Source: Marsupella aquatica (Eukaryota; Plantae; Marchantiophyta). Taken from it: a DNA stretch of 64,000 bases. Below, one piece after another: positions 25,029 to 37,068 of the stretch. The notes beneath the pieces were generated by a model. It searched no databases. It saw only the letters and a program-made list of their open reading frames with translations, and was not told where the DNA came from. The translations under genes were made by a program, and so were the position numbers. How positions within the stretch are numbered: position 1 is the stretch's first letter; each line of letters opens with the position of its first letter. The stretch spans positions 14,228,330-14,292,329 of the forward strand of contig OZ316898.1 of the NCBI GenBank assembly GCA_973895155.1, read 5' to 3'.

Positions 25029-28000
25029 GAGAGGCAGTGAGTGCGCTTGGTGTAATACTCCCTTTTTGTTTTAAGTCCCCCTTTGTATTTCACTATTTCT
25101 GCTACGCGTACGCCTGGAGTGAAGTCGATCTTTAGAGTGAAGTCGATCTTCAGAGTTTCCTACACTTGATCGACGTTGATTGAAACAGAGTTGCAATGCA
25201 TGAATGGAGCAGGCTTACGTGTAAGGAATTGTGTGAAAACATTGATCGATGTTTAGAATCGACAATGTACACTTCCAAAATTGAGGAGTTGGATCTTACT
25301 GGGGAAAGCTTCTTCTGTATGGATGGGGATGATTGGCAACTTTTCTTTGACAGTGTGGGGATGAAGACATGGGTGCATAGGAAGAAGTTGAGGAGATGGG
25401 TGAATGAATGCAACGGGAGCAGCAATACCGGAGTCACACAGCCATCACAGCTACAGCCATCACCGTTGCAGCCATCACCGTTGCCGCCAATGAAGACACT
25501 ATCTGAACGTGATACAAATCGAAAGGAGAGCTCTGGTGAAGAAGAGCACAAGTCTATCAGGCCTGCTGAAAATACCCGCACTCCTGATGCGCTGGAGAGA
25601 GAGACGTCTATGATTGGTTCTACCAAGCATCATCAAGTAAGTTGTTTGTCTCCTGTGACATTAAATTAGCCTATTGAAATCCATTGCGACCACGGCAAGG
25701 ACCTCTTTTGATAATCACGCGAAGGCATCTAATGCAATGCTCAATGGTAGTTTCTTTGTTTGATTGAATACACGCTGATGTGTGTTTCGACGCTGCTGTG
25801 CACAGTTCTATCCTTTGGCAGAGGACATCTTCAATGTGACCAACAAATCTGGAGGACGGTCCATTCTGGCTTCTAAGCATGTAGAAGCGCACCAAGCTCA
25901 CAAGGCAAATTACAGAATGGTGAGGAATTGGTTTGCAAATTTCGCCGCCGACAAGGAGATATACGAATACCTCAGTGCAGATTTCAAGTCTGACACAAAG
26001 ACAAAAGAGAATTGTCGATTGTATGTTCAGAGTAGAATGCACGAACTTTCACCTCTCAAATTTGAGTGTCCAGAAACCGGATCTAAACATGAGATGCCTT
26101 GGCCAGAAAGCTTCCTGTTTGAGGTCGTCAAGAACAGAAAGCATGAATGGAGGAAAGCAAATGCAAAAATCAAGGAAGGTACATACTGACAGATTCCCAT
26201 TCATTAGTTAGCGTAGTGCCATTGATTTTGGCAATGAACTGTGTTCTATCTTTCGCAACTTGGAAATAACCTGGAAATACCCTGGAATTAACCTCAAGTA
26301 CTTGCACTGAATTTCATTGCAGGTGCCATCCCTACGGCCCGAAAAAAGGAGCCGACTGATTTTGCAGATATGAAGGTAGAACCAAATGCAGATGAAGCGA
26401 TTGCCATTGGACATGGACAATCATACCCAGAGATTTTTGTGGAACTTCGTGCGTATGCATTCAAGGTGACCTTGGTAGAACTGCAAATGAGAGACGCCGA
26501 TAAGTCTGTAAGGTATAGGGGGCAGTACAATGGAGAGGTCGTTGGTCGTGGAATACCAGAGAGCGTCCATGTTATTAAGAAAGTGAGATGGTGGAAGATT
26601 AAGTTCATGAAGGCCTTGTCTGATGGTAATCCGTCATTGCTGGCGCCTTACTGGGTGCCATTAATGACACCTTCAAAGGGTCTGCAGATGGTACAGTTTG
26701 GGCACTTAAAACCAGTAAGTATGGTGCCATATACATATATAAATATATGCATTTACCAACCCTAGGTTCATTGCATCGGAATGAATCTGCTTCTCCGGGT
26801 TCTGCAGGTTTTTTCATGTTGCCCAGTCGATATGTATCGAGAGGTAGAGATGTTGAATGAATCTGGTTTTCTACAATATATTTATATTGCAAGATTCCCT
26901 GGCACTCATGCACCGTCACTATTGATGTGCATGTACATATTGCAGGACATGTCCATTTTTGTTCCGAGAGCATATTGTTCCATGAGTCCCAATCTGGCTC
27001 ATAAAGTATGCCAATCGTATTCAGGTCCCTCTCCTCAGGGTTCTACTGTCTCAGGAAATACCTCCAAGAGAGCGGGGTTACCGGAGATAGGTCCCTCTCC
27101 TGAGGGTTCTGCTGTCTCAGGAAAGGCCTCCAATGGAGCGGGGTTACCGGAGATTCCTGACGTTGAGGAAAACCCTCTTTCAAAACCGAAGAAGCGAGTG
27201 TTGGCATTAGCTGGCCATGAAGAAGATGCAGAGGGAGGGGCGGAAGTAGAGCATAGAGAGGAAAGCAAAGCAGATGATGCGGTCAGGTCCAACGATGGAG
27301 AGCCAAGCGAGGATACTGAAGTACTGGATACCACTACATGCAGCCAGGAGAAAACATTGTCAACATCAACTATCAACTTGCAAGTTGATTGCTTCACTAC
27401 ATCCACCCAACTTTACATTGAATCTGACGAGGATGATGAAGACACTAATATAAGGCCTAACGATCAACCGGAACCGGAGGTACGAGTATTTTGTCATCCT
27501 AGTTGCGTTCTTATATATCATACGTACGTAATTATAATTAAGACACCGAGTTTGCTTTATACTTATTTTTCAGGTAAAAAGACAAACACTAGTACATTTT
27601 AGGCACTTTTCCGATACTAAAAACACGCGTTTCTCAACGCGCCCGATACTAAACACAACGGAAACGTTCCGATACTCTTAGCTACGGAACTTCCGATACT
27701 ACCAAAATCGGACATTACTATCCGATAGTTTTTGTATCAAAAACCTTATCCAATCCCCATCATATCGGACAATGTCCGAAACATCTTGTATCGCAAATTG
27801 AGAGCCGACATGTTTTTCAGACGTCCGATAAGAATAGTATTGAAAGCTAATTCCGATAGGTTTGCTTTCGGACATTTACCGATACAAGTGTTATCGGACT
27901 TATTTTTGCGATACTAGTTACAACGGAAATCATTTGCGAAGGCTTAGGTATCGGTTATTATCCGTTGAAATTTCTATCGGACCCCTCCTCGGCCTCGGGC

Positions 28001-28335
28001 TTAAGTGTTCGATCTGTGGAGTATCGGATAGTGGCTTCCGATTCTTATAGTATCGGAAAATCCGATACTTTGAGGATGGGAAGGGGTTTTTGGCTTTGGT
28101 AGTACTGATGTGTGTCCGATATGTTTCCAATGGTATTTGAATGGGACATATGGGACTTTAGTGTTTTACAATGTATAGGTTGCATGGAATTAATGGATTC
28201 AGATATGGGGCATACTTTAAGCAATAGATATGTATACTGCATGAAATTGTGGACAATGAGAAAAATCGTAGAATGCCGATAAAAAGATAGTGCCGGTAAA
28301 AATATACATGAAGATGGTGGGGTCTACAATTTATA

Positions 28336-31300
28336 CTAACTCGTGGGGGGTATGTCTCTATCTTCCACTACAACTACGTTGGGTCTCTCTTGGACTATGG
28401 ACCGTGATCTGGGAATATACGGCATGACAATGGACCACTCGGGGTCATTGGGATAGGGTAGGTAAAAGCATTGCTCAAGGTGATGTGGGAAGGCAAAGGG
28501 ATCTGAGGACCTCCAGTTGGAACTGATGACACTATTTGCGGATGTCTTCAAACGAGTAAAACCGCATGCATCATCTTCACAAGTACGATTGTGGCCTACA
28601 AGATTCATCTTGAACCATTTGCACTTGAATACCACTTCCTCCAAAGTAGTATGTGCATGGTACTTCACTGTTAGGATCTCCTCAATCTTCCCATAATGGG
28701 CCACGGTGGAGCGAATGGGATTCATGTCTGACATGCTACTCTGGGAATCTTGGGTGAACCAACCCATCACCCCACAATCCTGTGTAGCTGCCCTCTTCTC
28801 ATCAAGTCGTTCCACACGAAAATGTCTCCCCTTTGACCACATGGCAGTCCGAGTCGTGACTATAAGTAGTGGACCATGAACCAAGGTATGAAGTTTATCT
28901 GTCACGTTTGGGTAGTGTAATACACTCTCCCCGGTACCCACCAGGGCATCCACTTCTAACAACTTCTCCTTCATGTATGGGTGAAACTTGGGAAATAACC
29001 GTGGGCGTCGACTGTTTTGCTTCTCCTCCTCATAAAATGTTGTCCACTCCCCGACAACCTCGGGTGAGTTATACAACATAAATGTTGTGAGCTGTAAACG
29101 CTCTGCTGAGCCTATGAGACGCTCTCCAGATGCCCCAGTGAGTCTATCATCCTCGTAGTCAGCCTCTCGTGCTGCCTCATCTATCCATCCCCTAGGAGCA
29201 CTAGGATCTAGTGTGGCAACTATGTTTGTACAGTAAAACATACTCTCTGCTCCAAGATGACGCTCCGCAATGCTACCTTCCACCCTAGCGTGATTAAAGA
29301 CATATGACTTCATCACCCCCATATAACGCTCTACCCAATACATCCATCGACAATGTACTGGGCCTGCAATTGCAACCTCGCGCACTAAATGTATGAGGAA
29401 ATGAACCTGACCATCAAAGAATGAGGGAGGGAGTGCCTTCTCCAACTTGCAGACAACCTCTACTCCAAATATCTCCATAGCAACAATGTCATCGGACTCC
29501 TGTACCTCCTTTTGACATACCCATCTTAAGAGCTTACCCAATGACCAAAGGGCATCACGAAGTTCCTCACTACCCAATCCAATAATAGCAACTGGAAGAA
29601 CATGTTCAAGCAACCGATGATAATCATGTGTCTTCAAGAAAGATGGCCATTTTGGAGAATCCTCCCCCCCCAAATGCCTTCCGAAGATTGGTACCATAAC
29701 TTGTGGGAAACCTCATCAACCCAATACGTCTGCGAAACTCAATGCGCTCTGCCCTTGTCAAAACCCAAGGAGGATGGATGCTAGGGGGAGCACCAGGGGG
29801 GTCCAAAGATGGCCAAAAACCCAAAAGACCATGCATCCCCATCTCCTCACAACTTTCTCTCCAATTGTTATTTTTCTCCCCATATAGATGGCGAATCAAT
29901 GATTTCCCCACATTCCCCTCAATGTGCATAGGGTCTAACAAGTGATTAATGGGCATATCTGACCAATATGGCAATTGTGACAATGCAGACAAACGGGTCA
30001 TGCCACATCTGAATAATGGTAATGGATCACTCGGATCCTGAACTCTCCCCCATACCTCTCTCCAATATGCTGGATCCTTCCGCTGAGGTTGAGGACGAAT
30101 ATCAGGTTGGCCCTCATCAGTATCATAAAGGAATGGATCACTCCTCCAAGGATGGTCTGGTGGAAGATATTTAGTATGACCAATGTAAACAATTTTTTGC
30201 AGAGTACTTGACTTGGGCCTGGCCACCCCCTCCAAATCGGGTCCACATGTAGAGCAAGCTCGATAGCCTGATGTTTGCAATCCAGAAACATATCCAAACC
30301 CTGCCCAGTGCATAGAAAACACATTCATAAAATAAGGTTCATCAAGGCAAAAATCTGCATAATTGCAATTAAATACAAGGTTTAGGTACTAGAGGAAATA
30401 AGGGTTTACCATACCTGGTAAATCATGCATGGTCCACATAAGGATGGCCTTTAGAGTAAATACGCGGGATAAACCTCCTGTGTTGTGACGTCCATCATAA
30501 CAATCCACTCCTCTCCACAGTTGTATCAACTCATCAATCAATGGCTGCAAGTACACATCAATCTTTTTAACTTGCTTAGGACCCGGAATAATCATGGAGA
30601 GTAGTAGGTGACCTTTCTTCATGGCCATCCAAGGAGGGATGTTGTAGTTTGTCAACACTACTGGCCACACCGAATACGGTTTGGCTTTTCCTGTCAAAGC
30701 AAAAGGGCTGATACCGTCTGCTGCCAAGCCTAGTCGAACATGTCGTGGGTCAATTTTGAACTCTCCCCATCTATCCTCTACAAATTGATTGGCAAGAGAG
30801 TCAACCATCATCCGCATGGCACTAGAGGGTACAGCCATATCAGAACGATTTTGTGAGTGCCATACCATCATCTCAGCCAACTCTGCACATCGGAATTGAT
30901 GTCGCAATCGAGGGATAAGAGGAAAGTACCTCATAACCTTTTGCGGTACCTTCCCCGTCAACATGTCATCACGGTACCGTGGCTTCTGACATTTAGGACA
31001 TGTAGTGGCATTTTCATGCTCACCCCTAAAAAGAATGCAATCATCCACACATGCATGTATCACCTCATACTTCAGGCCAATGGACCTCAACACCTGTTTA
31101 GCCTCTTTCCAAGAGGCTGGCAATGCATTGCCTACTGGCAAAATACGATCATGCAAGGTACGGAAAACATCATCCAAAAGTAGATTGCTTGCCCCATGTC
31201 TTTGCTGCAAGTTGAGCAACAACATTATTGATGAGAGCCGAGATAACCTACTCCCCTCGAATATGCGAGTACGGGCATGACGTTGCGCCTCCTCCCATTG

Positions 31301-33026
31301 CTTGTCTTGGGACCCCCTAGAAGGATGTGGATGACTAGTCCTTTCATGGGTTGAACCAATGTCCTCCAAACCAATGTCATCGTGATCATCATAGAATTGG
31401 TCCATGAGCTCATCCATGGCCCTCTCCTCATCAAGATGGTCTTGGATAGGATCATCACCATCATGTCATACCCCATCCTCTTGCCTTTGTGGTTCATGCC
31501 CACGGTTGGCCACCATGGCCTCAACAAGGTGTTGTCGCATAGCTCGTGATATTACCCCAATATCAGGCGTTACATATTGATTCTATCATACAACATCAAT
31601 TAATTAATCTCATCAACACATGCACTGCTGAACAACATCATTCTCATGTAAACATGTAAAATAAATTGACATATATATATACATGTATGTAAGTCCAAGA
31701 AACTATCATGGACGACAACCCAAGGACAATTTTGGTGCATCCCACTCATACTCACACAATAACTCCTCACCAGCTCTAATGGTCCTAACAGCTACTGTCA
31801 TGATATGGTCGTCCATATGTTTCACAAAATATGGATGTCTAGGTGGACCAAACATTTGAATCCACTCTACATTAGCCTCCAAACCTCTATCTCTACCTGT
31901 GGTACTATTGATGTACCCTGCTAAATTACCGTTCCGAATAGGGTCACCATCAATCATCCGGCAATGCCACGGCCTAGTGAAGACCTCATCCGGGTCTGAG
32001 TACATCCTCAATGCATACACCCCCCAACTTGGGTGTTGACGCAACAAAATATTCCAACTCTTGGAGTTATATACAGCCCCAATGTAAGGAAAGAGGTGCT
32101 CTCCATCATAACCACGTCTCCATGGCTTTGGAGGGACCACAATATCCTCCAAAGCAAAAAGACCATATCCTATATCATGACCAATAGAGGATGCTTTCAC
32201 TATCCAAGGGCGACCCCATATCTGAACTGGTTCATCTGTAGGAATAAAATCTGGAAATTTGAAGAGACTTGGAGAAAAGTCCTTCAAAACTTTGGCAGCC
32301 CTACCAGTGAGATAGGATAGTCCAAACCTGCCCTCAACGCAAATATAATCTACGTTACCGGCTGGTCGATCACTAGTACCTAACACCTCCTCTCGTCTGT
32401 CTACCTGGTCCAGTGGTCCATACTGCCGTCTACGTCTACCAGATCGTGGTCGTGTACGTAGGACTCTAGTAGTCACAACCTCGGGCCGAGAGACCGGTTC
32501 CCCCTCTACATGCTCATGTGTGGGCACGGGAGTGGGGATAGGAGCAGGTGGGCTAAGAGGCATCTGGGCAGGAGGAACTGCAAGCAACTCCCTGGCCCTT
32601 GCTAGAAACCCTTCCAACCACACAGCTTCAGGAACCAAAGGAGGTGGGGGCCTACGAGGCACCTAACACACGTACAATGGTTTTACACAAATCAATAAAT
32701 TAAGTAGTGCCAGGATGTAAATGCAAGATAATTAAGCAATACCCTAAATTGGAATGCATATATGGAATGAATAGGGGACATAAACATATATATACCTGGC
32801 TAGGCAAATACCCTGGCATATCACCCTCGTGGCGGCCATAATTCTCGATGTGCTCACAAGTCTCCCATGCATGTCGAACCACAAGTCCCTTACATCTCAC
32901 ACACCAGCAAGGTATGGGTCCTAGTGGAGCACGAGGACGATCTGGAGGAGGGGGTGGAGGAACCTCCCCCTCAGACGAGCTTGTGTCTGAGTCTGAATCT
33001 GACGTGGAACTATCAGAAGTAGACAT
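28336..33026 (-). pseudogene. TnpD transposase of element A (Zn-binding exon 1, Transposase_21, DUF4218/DUF4216-like regions)
   Basis: Exons 33026-32796, 31582-~30415, ~30303-28336. Motifs IHACVDDCILF, RLGLAADGISPF, YNIPPW, WTMHDLP, LDPMHIEGNV, LKTHDYH, PPSFFD, GPVHCRWMYWVER, VVFKCKWF. One stop near 31467 and one frameshift at the C run near 29665. Confidence 0.93.
31706..32662 (-). CDS. SET-domain exon of element A (intact frame), within transposase intron 1
   Basis: GYGLFALEDI, LFPYIGAVY, GNLAGYINST...ANVEW, AVRTIRAGEELLCEYEW match SET motifs I-IV; begins right after an AG acceptor in phase 0 with exon 33026-32796. Confidence 0.85.
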   Translation of the reverse strand: MPRRPPPPLVPEAVWLEGFLARARELLAVPPAQMPLSPPAPIPTPVPTHEHVEGEPVSRPEVVTTRVLRTRPRSGRRRRQYGPLDQVDRREEVLGTSDRPAGNVDYICVEGRFGLSYLTGRAAKVLKDFSPSLFKFPDFIPTDEPVQIWGRPWIVKASSIGHDIGYGLFALEDIVVPPKPWRRGYDGEHLFPYIGAVYNSKSWNILLRQHPSWGVYALRMYSDPDEVFTRPWHCRMIDGDPIRNGNLAGYINSTTGRDRGLEANVEWIQMFGPPRHPYFVKHMDDHIMTVAVRTIRAGEELLCEYEWDAPKLSLGCRP

Positions 33027-33346
33027 CTGCATGCATGAAGTACACTCTGAATTCATGTAAGCTGCATAAAAGAAGACAAGTGTTGGAGTATCAAAATAGA
33101 ATTAATTAATGCATGAGATACAAAAGTCCTGTTGTACCTCAATGATACCCGCGCTTTGCCAGCCTACTGTGTCGTATTTTCTACACACAAGGTGTGGGAC
33201 ATCCAAAATCTCTGCATATATGGGTGAGCATTTTGCTAATGAGCATACATAATCTGTAAGTGCGAAAGAGTGTAGGAAGAACACACCACATATAAAAAAA
33301 TTCCAACATACAAATTAAGTGTAAATGATGCGGCTCGTGAAGCGGG

Positions 33347-34056
33347 GACATCATACCTCCTAGATGCGCGGTCTCACACTATGCATAGTGCATTGTCCAA
33401 AACAAAACCTATCTACCCCCTCACAAACATTGAACCACCCCTCCAAACGCAAGGTACTGTGCATCAAATCCAACACAACCATTAGCCTAGCTAATATATG
33501 GAGGTTGAACCTTATCCTAAGAAAAGGTGTAACCTTATCCTAGTAAAACCCCATAACCCTAAGCCCATAAACCCCTCCAAAGAAATGATCCAAATAGCTT
33601 TCACCAAGAAATGGTTCGTACAAAAACTTCTTGTAGTATTTTGTCTATCATATATCATAGTATTGAGTTCCCATCACCACAACCATCCCTAAACTTACAA
33701 GGAACTTGCAAGAGGACATCATACCTCCTGGATGCACGGCTTCATGCATAGTGCATTGTCCAAAATTGAAACCTCCCTACCCCCTCAAAAAAAGTTAACC
33801 ACCCCTCCAAAAGCAAGGTACTACACATCAAATCCAAACACAAAGATTAGCCTAATGAAGGGGTTTAATATTATCCTAACAAAAGGTATAATGTTATACT
33901 AATAAAACCTCTACGTACACCCATAATCCCCTATAAAGAAATGAAACAAAAGGCTTTCACCCGAAAATGGTTCATACAAAAACTTCTTGTAGTATTTTCT
34001 TGATCCTATATTACCTATCATAGTATTGAGTTCCCATCACCACAACCACCCCTAAA
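33347..34056. repeat. Diverged ~365-bp tandem duplication between the divergent genes of element A
   Basis: GGACATCATACCTCCT...ACAAAAACTTCTTGTAGTATTTT...GAGTTCCCATCACCACAACC occurs twice. Confidence 0.85.
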
Positions 34057-34716
34057 ACACCAAGACTCTATACACAATTGCATCATTAATTAGAGCCCAA
34101 TATATTAAGCATGCAAGACCATAGCTTATCAAAAAAATTACATAGTCCGGTACAAACCCCAAAATTTGTTCTCCGCAACAAAGAAACTTGCAAGAGGTCC
34201 CTCTACATGCATGACACGTTCACTGTCCCGTTCACATATGTAGAGCCCTACAAAACGCGGATTCAAATATGAAAGCAAATAATAACTCCAACCATGTGCC
34301 CTTACCCCATACAAAACCTAAATATCCTAAATTATACTCTAAACCCTCCAATCCCATTATACCCAACCCAAATTCAAAACATTATATTGGACCCCCTTTG
34401 GGAAAGCCAAGAGGTATCCGATATAAATTCATGAGGGGTCCGATGCAATAGGAAACGGGCCACACTTGGTAAATACACGGCCACAAGAAAAGGACGAGGG
34501 GTCCGAAGTAGATAGTTTCAGAAAGTCCGATTGCGTGTCCGATACCTTTGGTTTCGCAAAGTCCGAAATAGAAAGAATCGGAAGCAGCAGGTTTTGTTTC
34601 GGAAAAAAGAACCGATGCAGGTGTGAAGACCCGCGCGTCGGGCCCCGTTTCGCACTTGGTGTTTTTCAAATTTTTTGAAGCTGGATCAAGGAGGAGAGCT
34701 TGAAGGAGGAGGAGAG

Positions 34717-37068
34717 ATGGAGGGGGGCGGGGGATCAGGTGGTGGGGGAGACGAAGGGGGATCAGGTGGTGGTGGAGAGCAAGGGGGACCGTCCCAGCCA
34801 TACAATGAAGTTATGAGGGACATTTTTGTGGCCAAGGCAGGGCTGAGTGTGGAGGACGCAGAGAGAGTAGTCCCACTCCTCCAAACGCTGATTGATGCCT
34901 CTCGGCGTGAGGCAGAGAAGACTGCTGCTGCAAGCATTGCAAGTGAGAAGGAGGCAAAGAAGAGGAAGAAAGAGGCAAAGAGAGGCAAGGGGGATGCAGA
35001 GGAGACACTGTCTCCAAGAAAATGAGAGAAAAAGCTTCGAAAAGAAGCTAGGGCAATTGAGAAGGTGCGATTGGAGGAGCAGAGGCGAATGGAGGCAGAG
35101 AGAGCTCTCAGGCCTGAGCTAGCTCTCAATTCGGGTGGTGGTCCATTGCCTAAGAGCTACCATCTATTCCGAAGCCAATTCAAGCAGGTGCTGAGGGCCA
35201 ATTTGGGGCCACTGGATTACTGGGGCAAGAAGAAGGAGGAAGAGAGATTGAGAATCAGAGAGCAGGTGAAGGAACGGTTCAGGAACGGGGCCTACATTGA
35301 TGACAGGTTCCTAAACAAACGAATTTCAGCATCACTCTCAGACATGCGCAATCATCAGCGAGAGAAATTCAGAAAGTACCTTGGAGATATGGCAGTGGAT
35401 GCAGAGGTGATCAGGGAGGAGGGTTGTCCAGACGATGTTTCCCCGGATGAGTGGGCGGCTTGGCTTGAGGAGGAACTCTCAGTCCGTGCCTGGCTGAAAA
35501 GAAGACATTGGGACAACGAAATTAGGCTGGCAGAGGAGAAGCGAAAGGCTGGGGAGAATGTTGATATCCTCCCCCTTCAACAGAACCTGCAACAATGGGC
35601 AGCTCAGGCAGCAAGACTCCCCAAACCACCAAGGCACATCATAGCAGCATTGGAGAGAGTGCAGGGGAGGCCAACCATCACTCACTGGATGGGGCAAGGC
35701 GGCTCCAATCGATTGAAGGCTGAGTTTGTAAGTGCCCTCCCTCTCCTCCCCACCTCGACTCCCTGATCACCTGACTCCTCGCACGAAGAATGAGTTGTTT
35801 GTGCCTTATGTCTTTTGTTTAAACCCTTTGCAAAACTCATTTTTGCTCTCGGGCCTGTTCTTTTCGATACTCATCCGATAGGTTTTGCATCGGAAGCAGC
35901 ATCGGACACCGTGTCATGCCATTTTTCTTGTTACGCATCCGATAGACGTCCGATGCAGGCTGTATCGGACTCTGAATCGGACCCCTCGGCAAAACATTTA
36001 AATTTTTGAATGAACGTACTTAACGTTAATTTTTTATTAGGGTAGAGTATAAGTTAGGGTGAACTATGGTTTAAGGTTACATTAGGGCTATGTAGGGTGG
36101 CTTGGTTTAGGGTAGGGCACGCTAATACTAGATTTGATATTAACCTGGCCTCTATGGTTTGGATCTTTAAATTTCAGGAGCGGGAGTATGGTCGCCCTAT
36201 TGCGACGTTGGAGAGGAATTTGGCAAAGACGGATGGACCCCGCGCTCTAAAGCGCCACCTTGAGGATGAGTTGGGAGAGGTAAGTGTTCACCCTAGGGTG
36301 ATATAATGTTTAAGGTTGTCATGAATTTGTTAGAGTTATGGTCGGGACCATTCATTCTAACTGCAATTAAACCCTATTGCGCAGGATGAGGAGGGGTCTG
36401 GGTCGGAGGAGCTAGACTCAGATTCTGAGCAGGATGCTGAGGCAGGGTTGGGGAGGGTGCCCACAGTCACCCCTACTCCTCAGGTCCGAGGTGTTGTTGC
36501 CCCATCTGGTGCCGTTGCCCCATCAGCAGGGAGGGGTGGGTCACATCCTGCTGATGGTGTGGGCTCCCATCGCTGTGGAGCATCACGGGGTGCGGGGCCC
36601 AGGCACTCAGGGGGTAGTAGAGGTGATGGCATGGGACGAGGCGATCGCGTAGGAGTATCTGGTGCAGGTGGCCCTTCCCGACGAGGTAGTGGCGACATGC
36701 CGGATGGTGGATCTAGAGGGCGCGCACCATCTCGTGAGTCTGGTGGGAGTACAGCATGACATGGGCCACCCACAGGATCTGTCGGCGCACCATCCCATCA
36801 CTCTAGCAGGTCTGCGGGAGGAGCTGAGGCGTCCTTTCACTCTGCCGTGTCGGGGGTTGGTGGGACATCTACCTTGCCTGACCACCCTAGCGGTGCATCT
36901 AGTGGGTCAGGGTCTAGGCCTGCATCAGGCCAACCCATGCTATCTGGTGAGCAGGTGGCTGCCACGGTTGTGGGCAGCCAGAGGGAGGAGGGCTCTCATG
37001 ATGCTAGACCTGTACCCACCCTTCGTTCTCGCCCAAAGAAGAAGAAGGGACGCAACACACCTTTTTAG
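34717..37068 (+). pseudogene. TnpA-like second gene of element A, 3 exons, head-to-head with TnpD
   Basis: Exons 34717-35727, 36178-36279, 36385-37068; two in-frame TGA stops; THWMGQGG motif reminiscent of Ptta/En/Spm proteins; homologous to the element B gene (same intron positions, C-terminal TPF). Confidence 0.7.

Noticed and set aside
8428-27586. Endogenous giant virus or Helitron as the source of the SNF2/RPA/SET genes
   Set aside because: No capsid, polymerase, packaging ATPase or Rep-helicase is visible; the genes have spliceosomal introns and lie within TIR-bounded units with CMC transposases.
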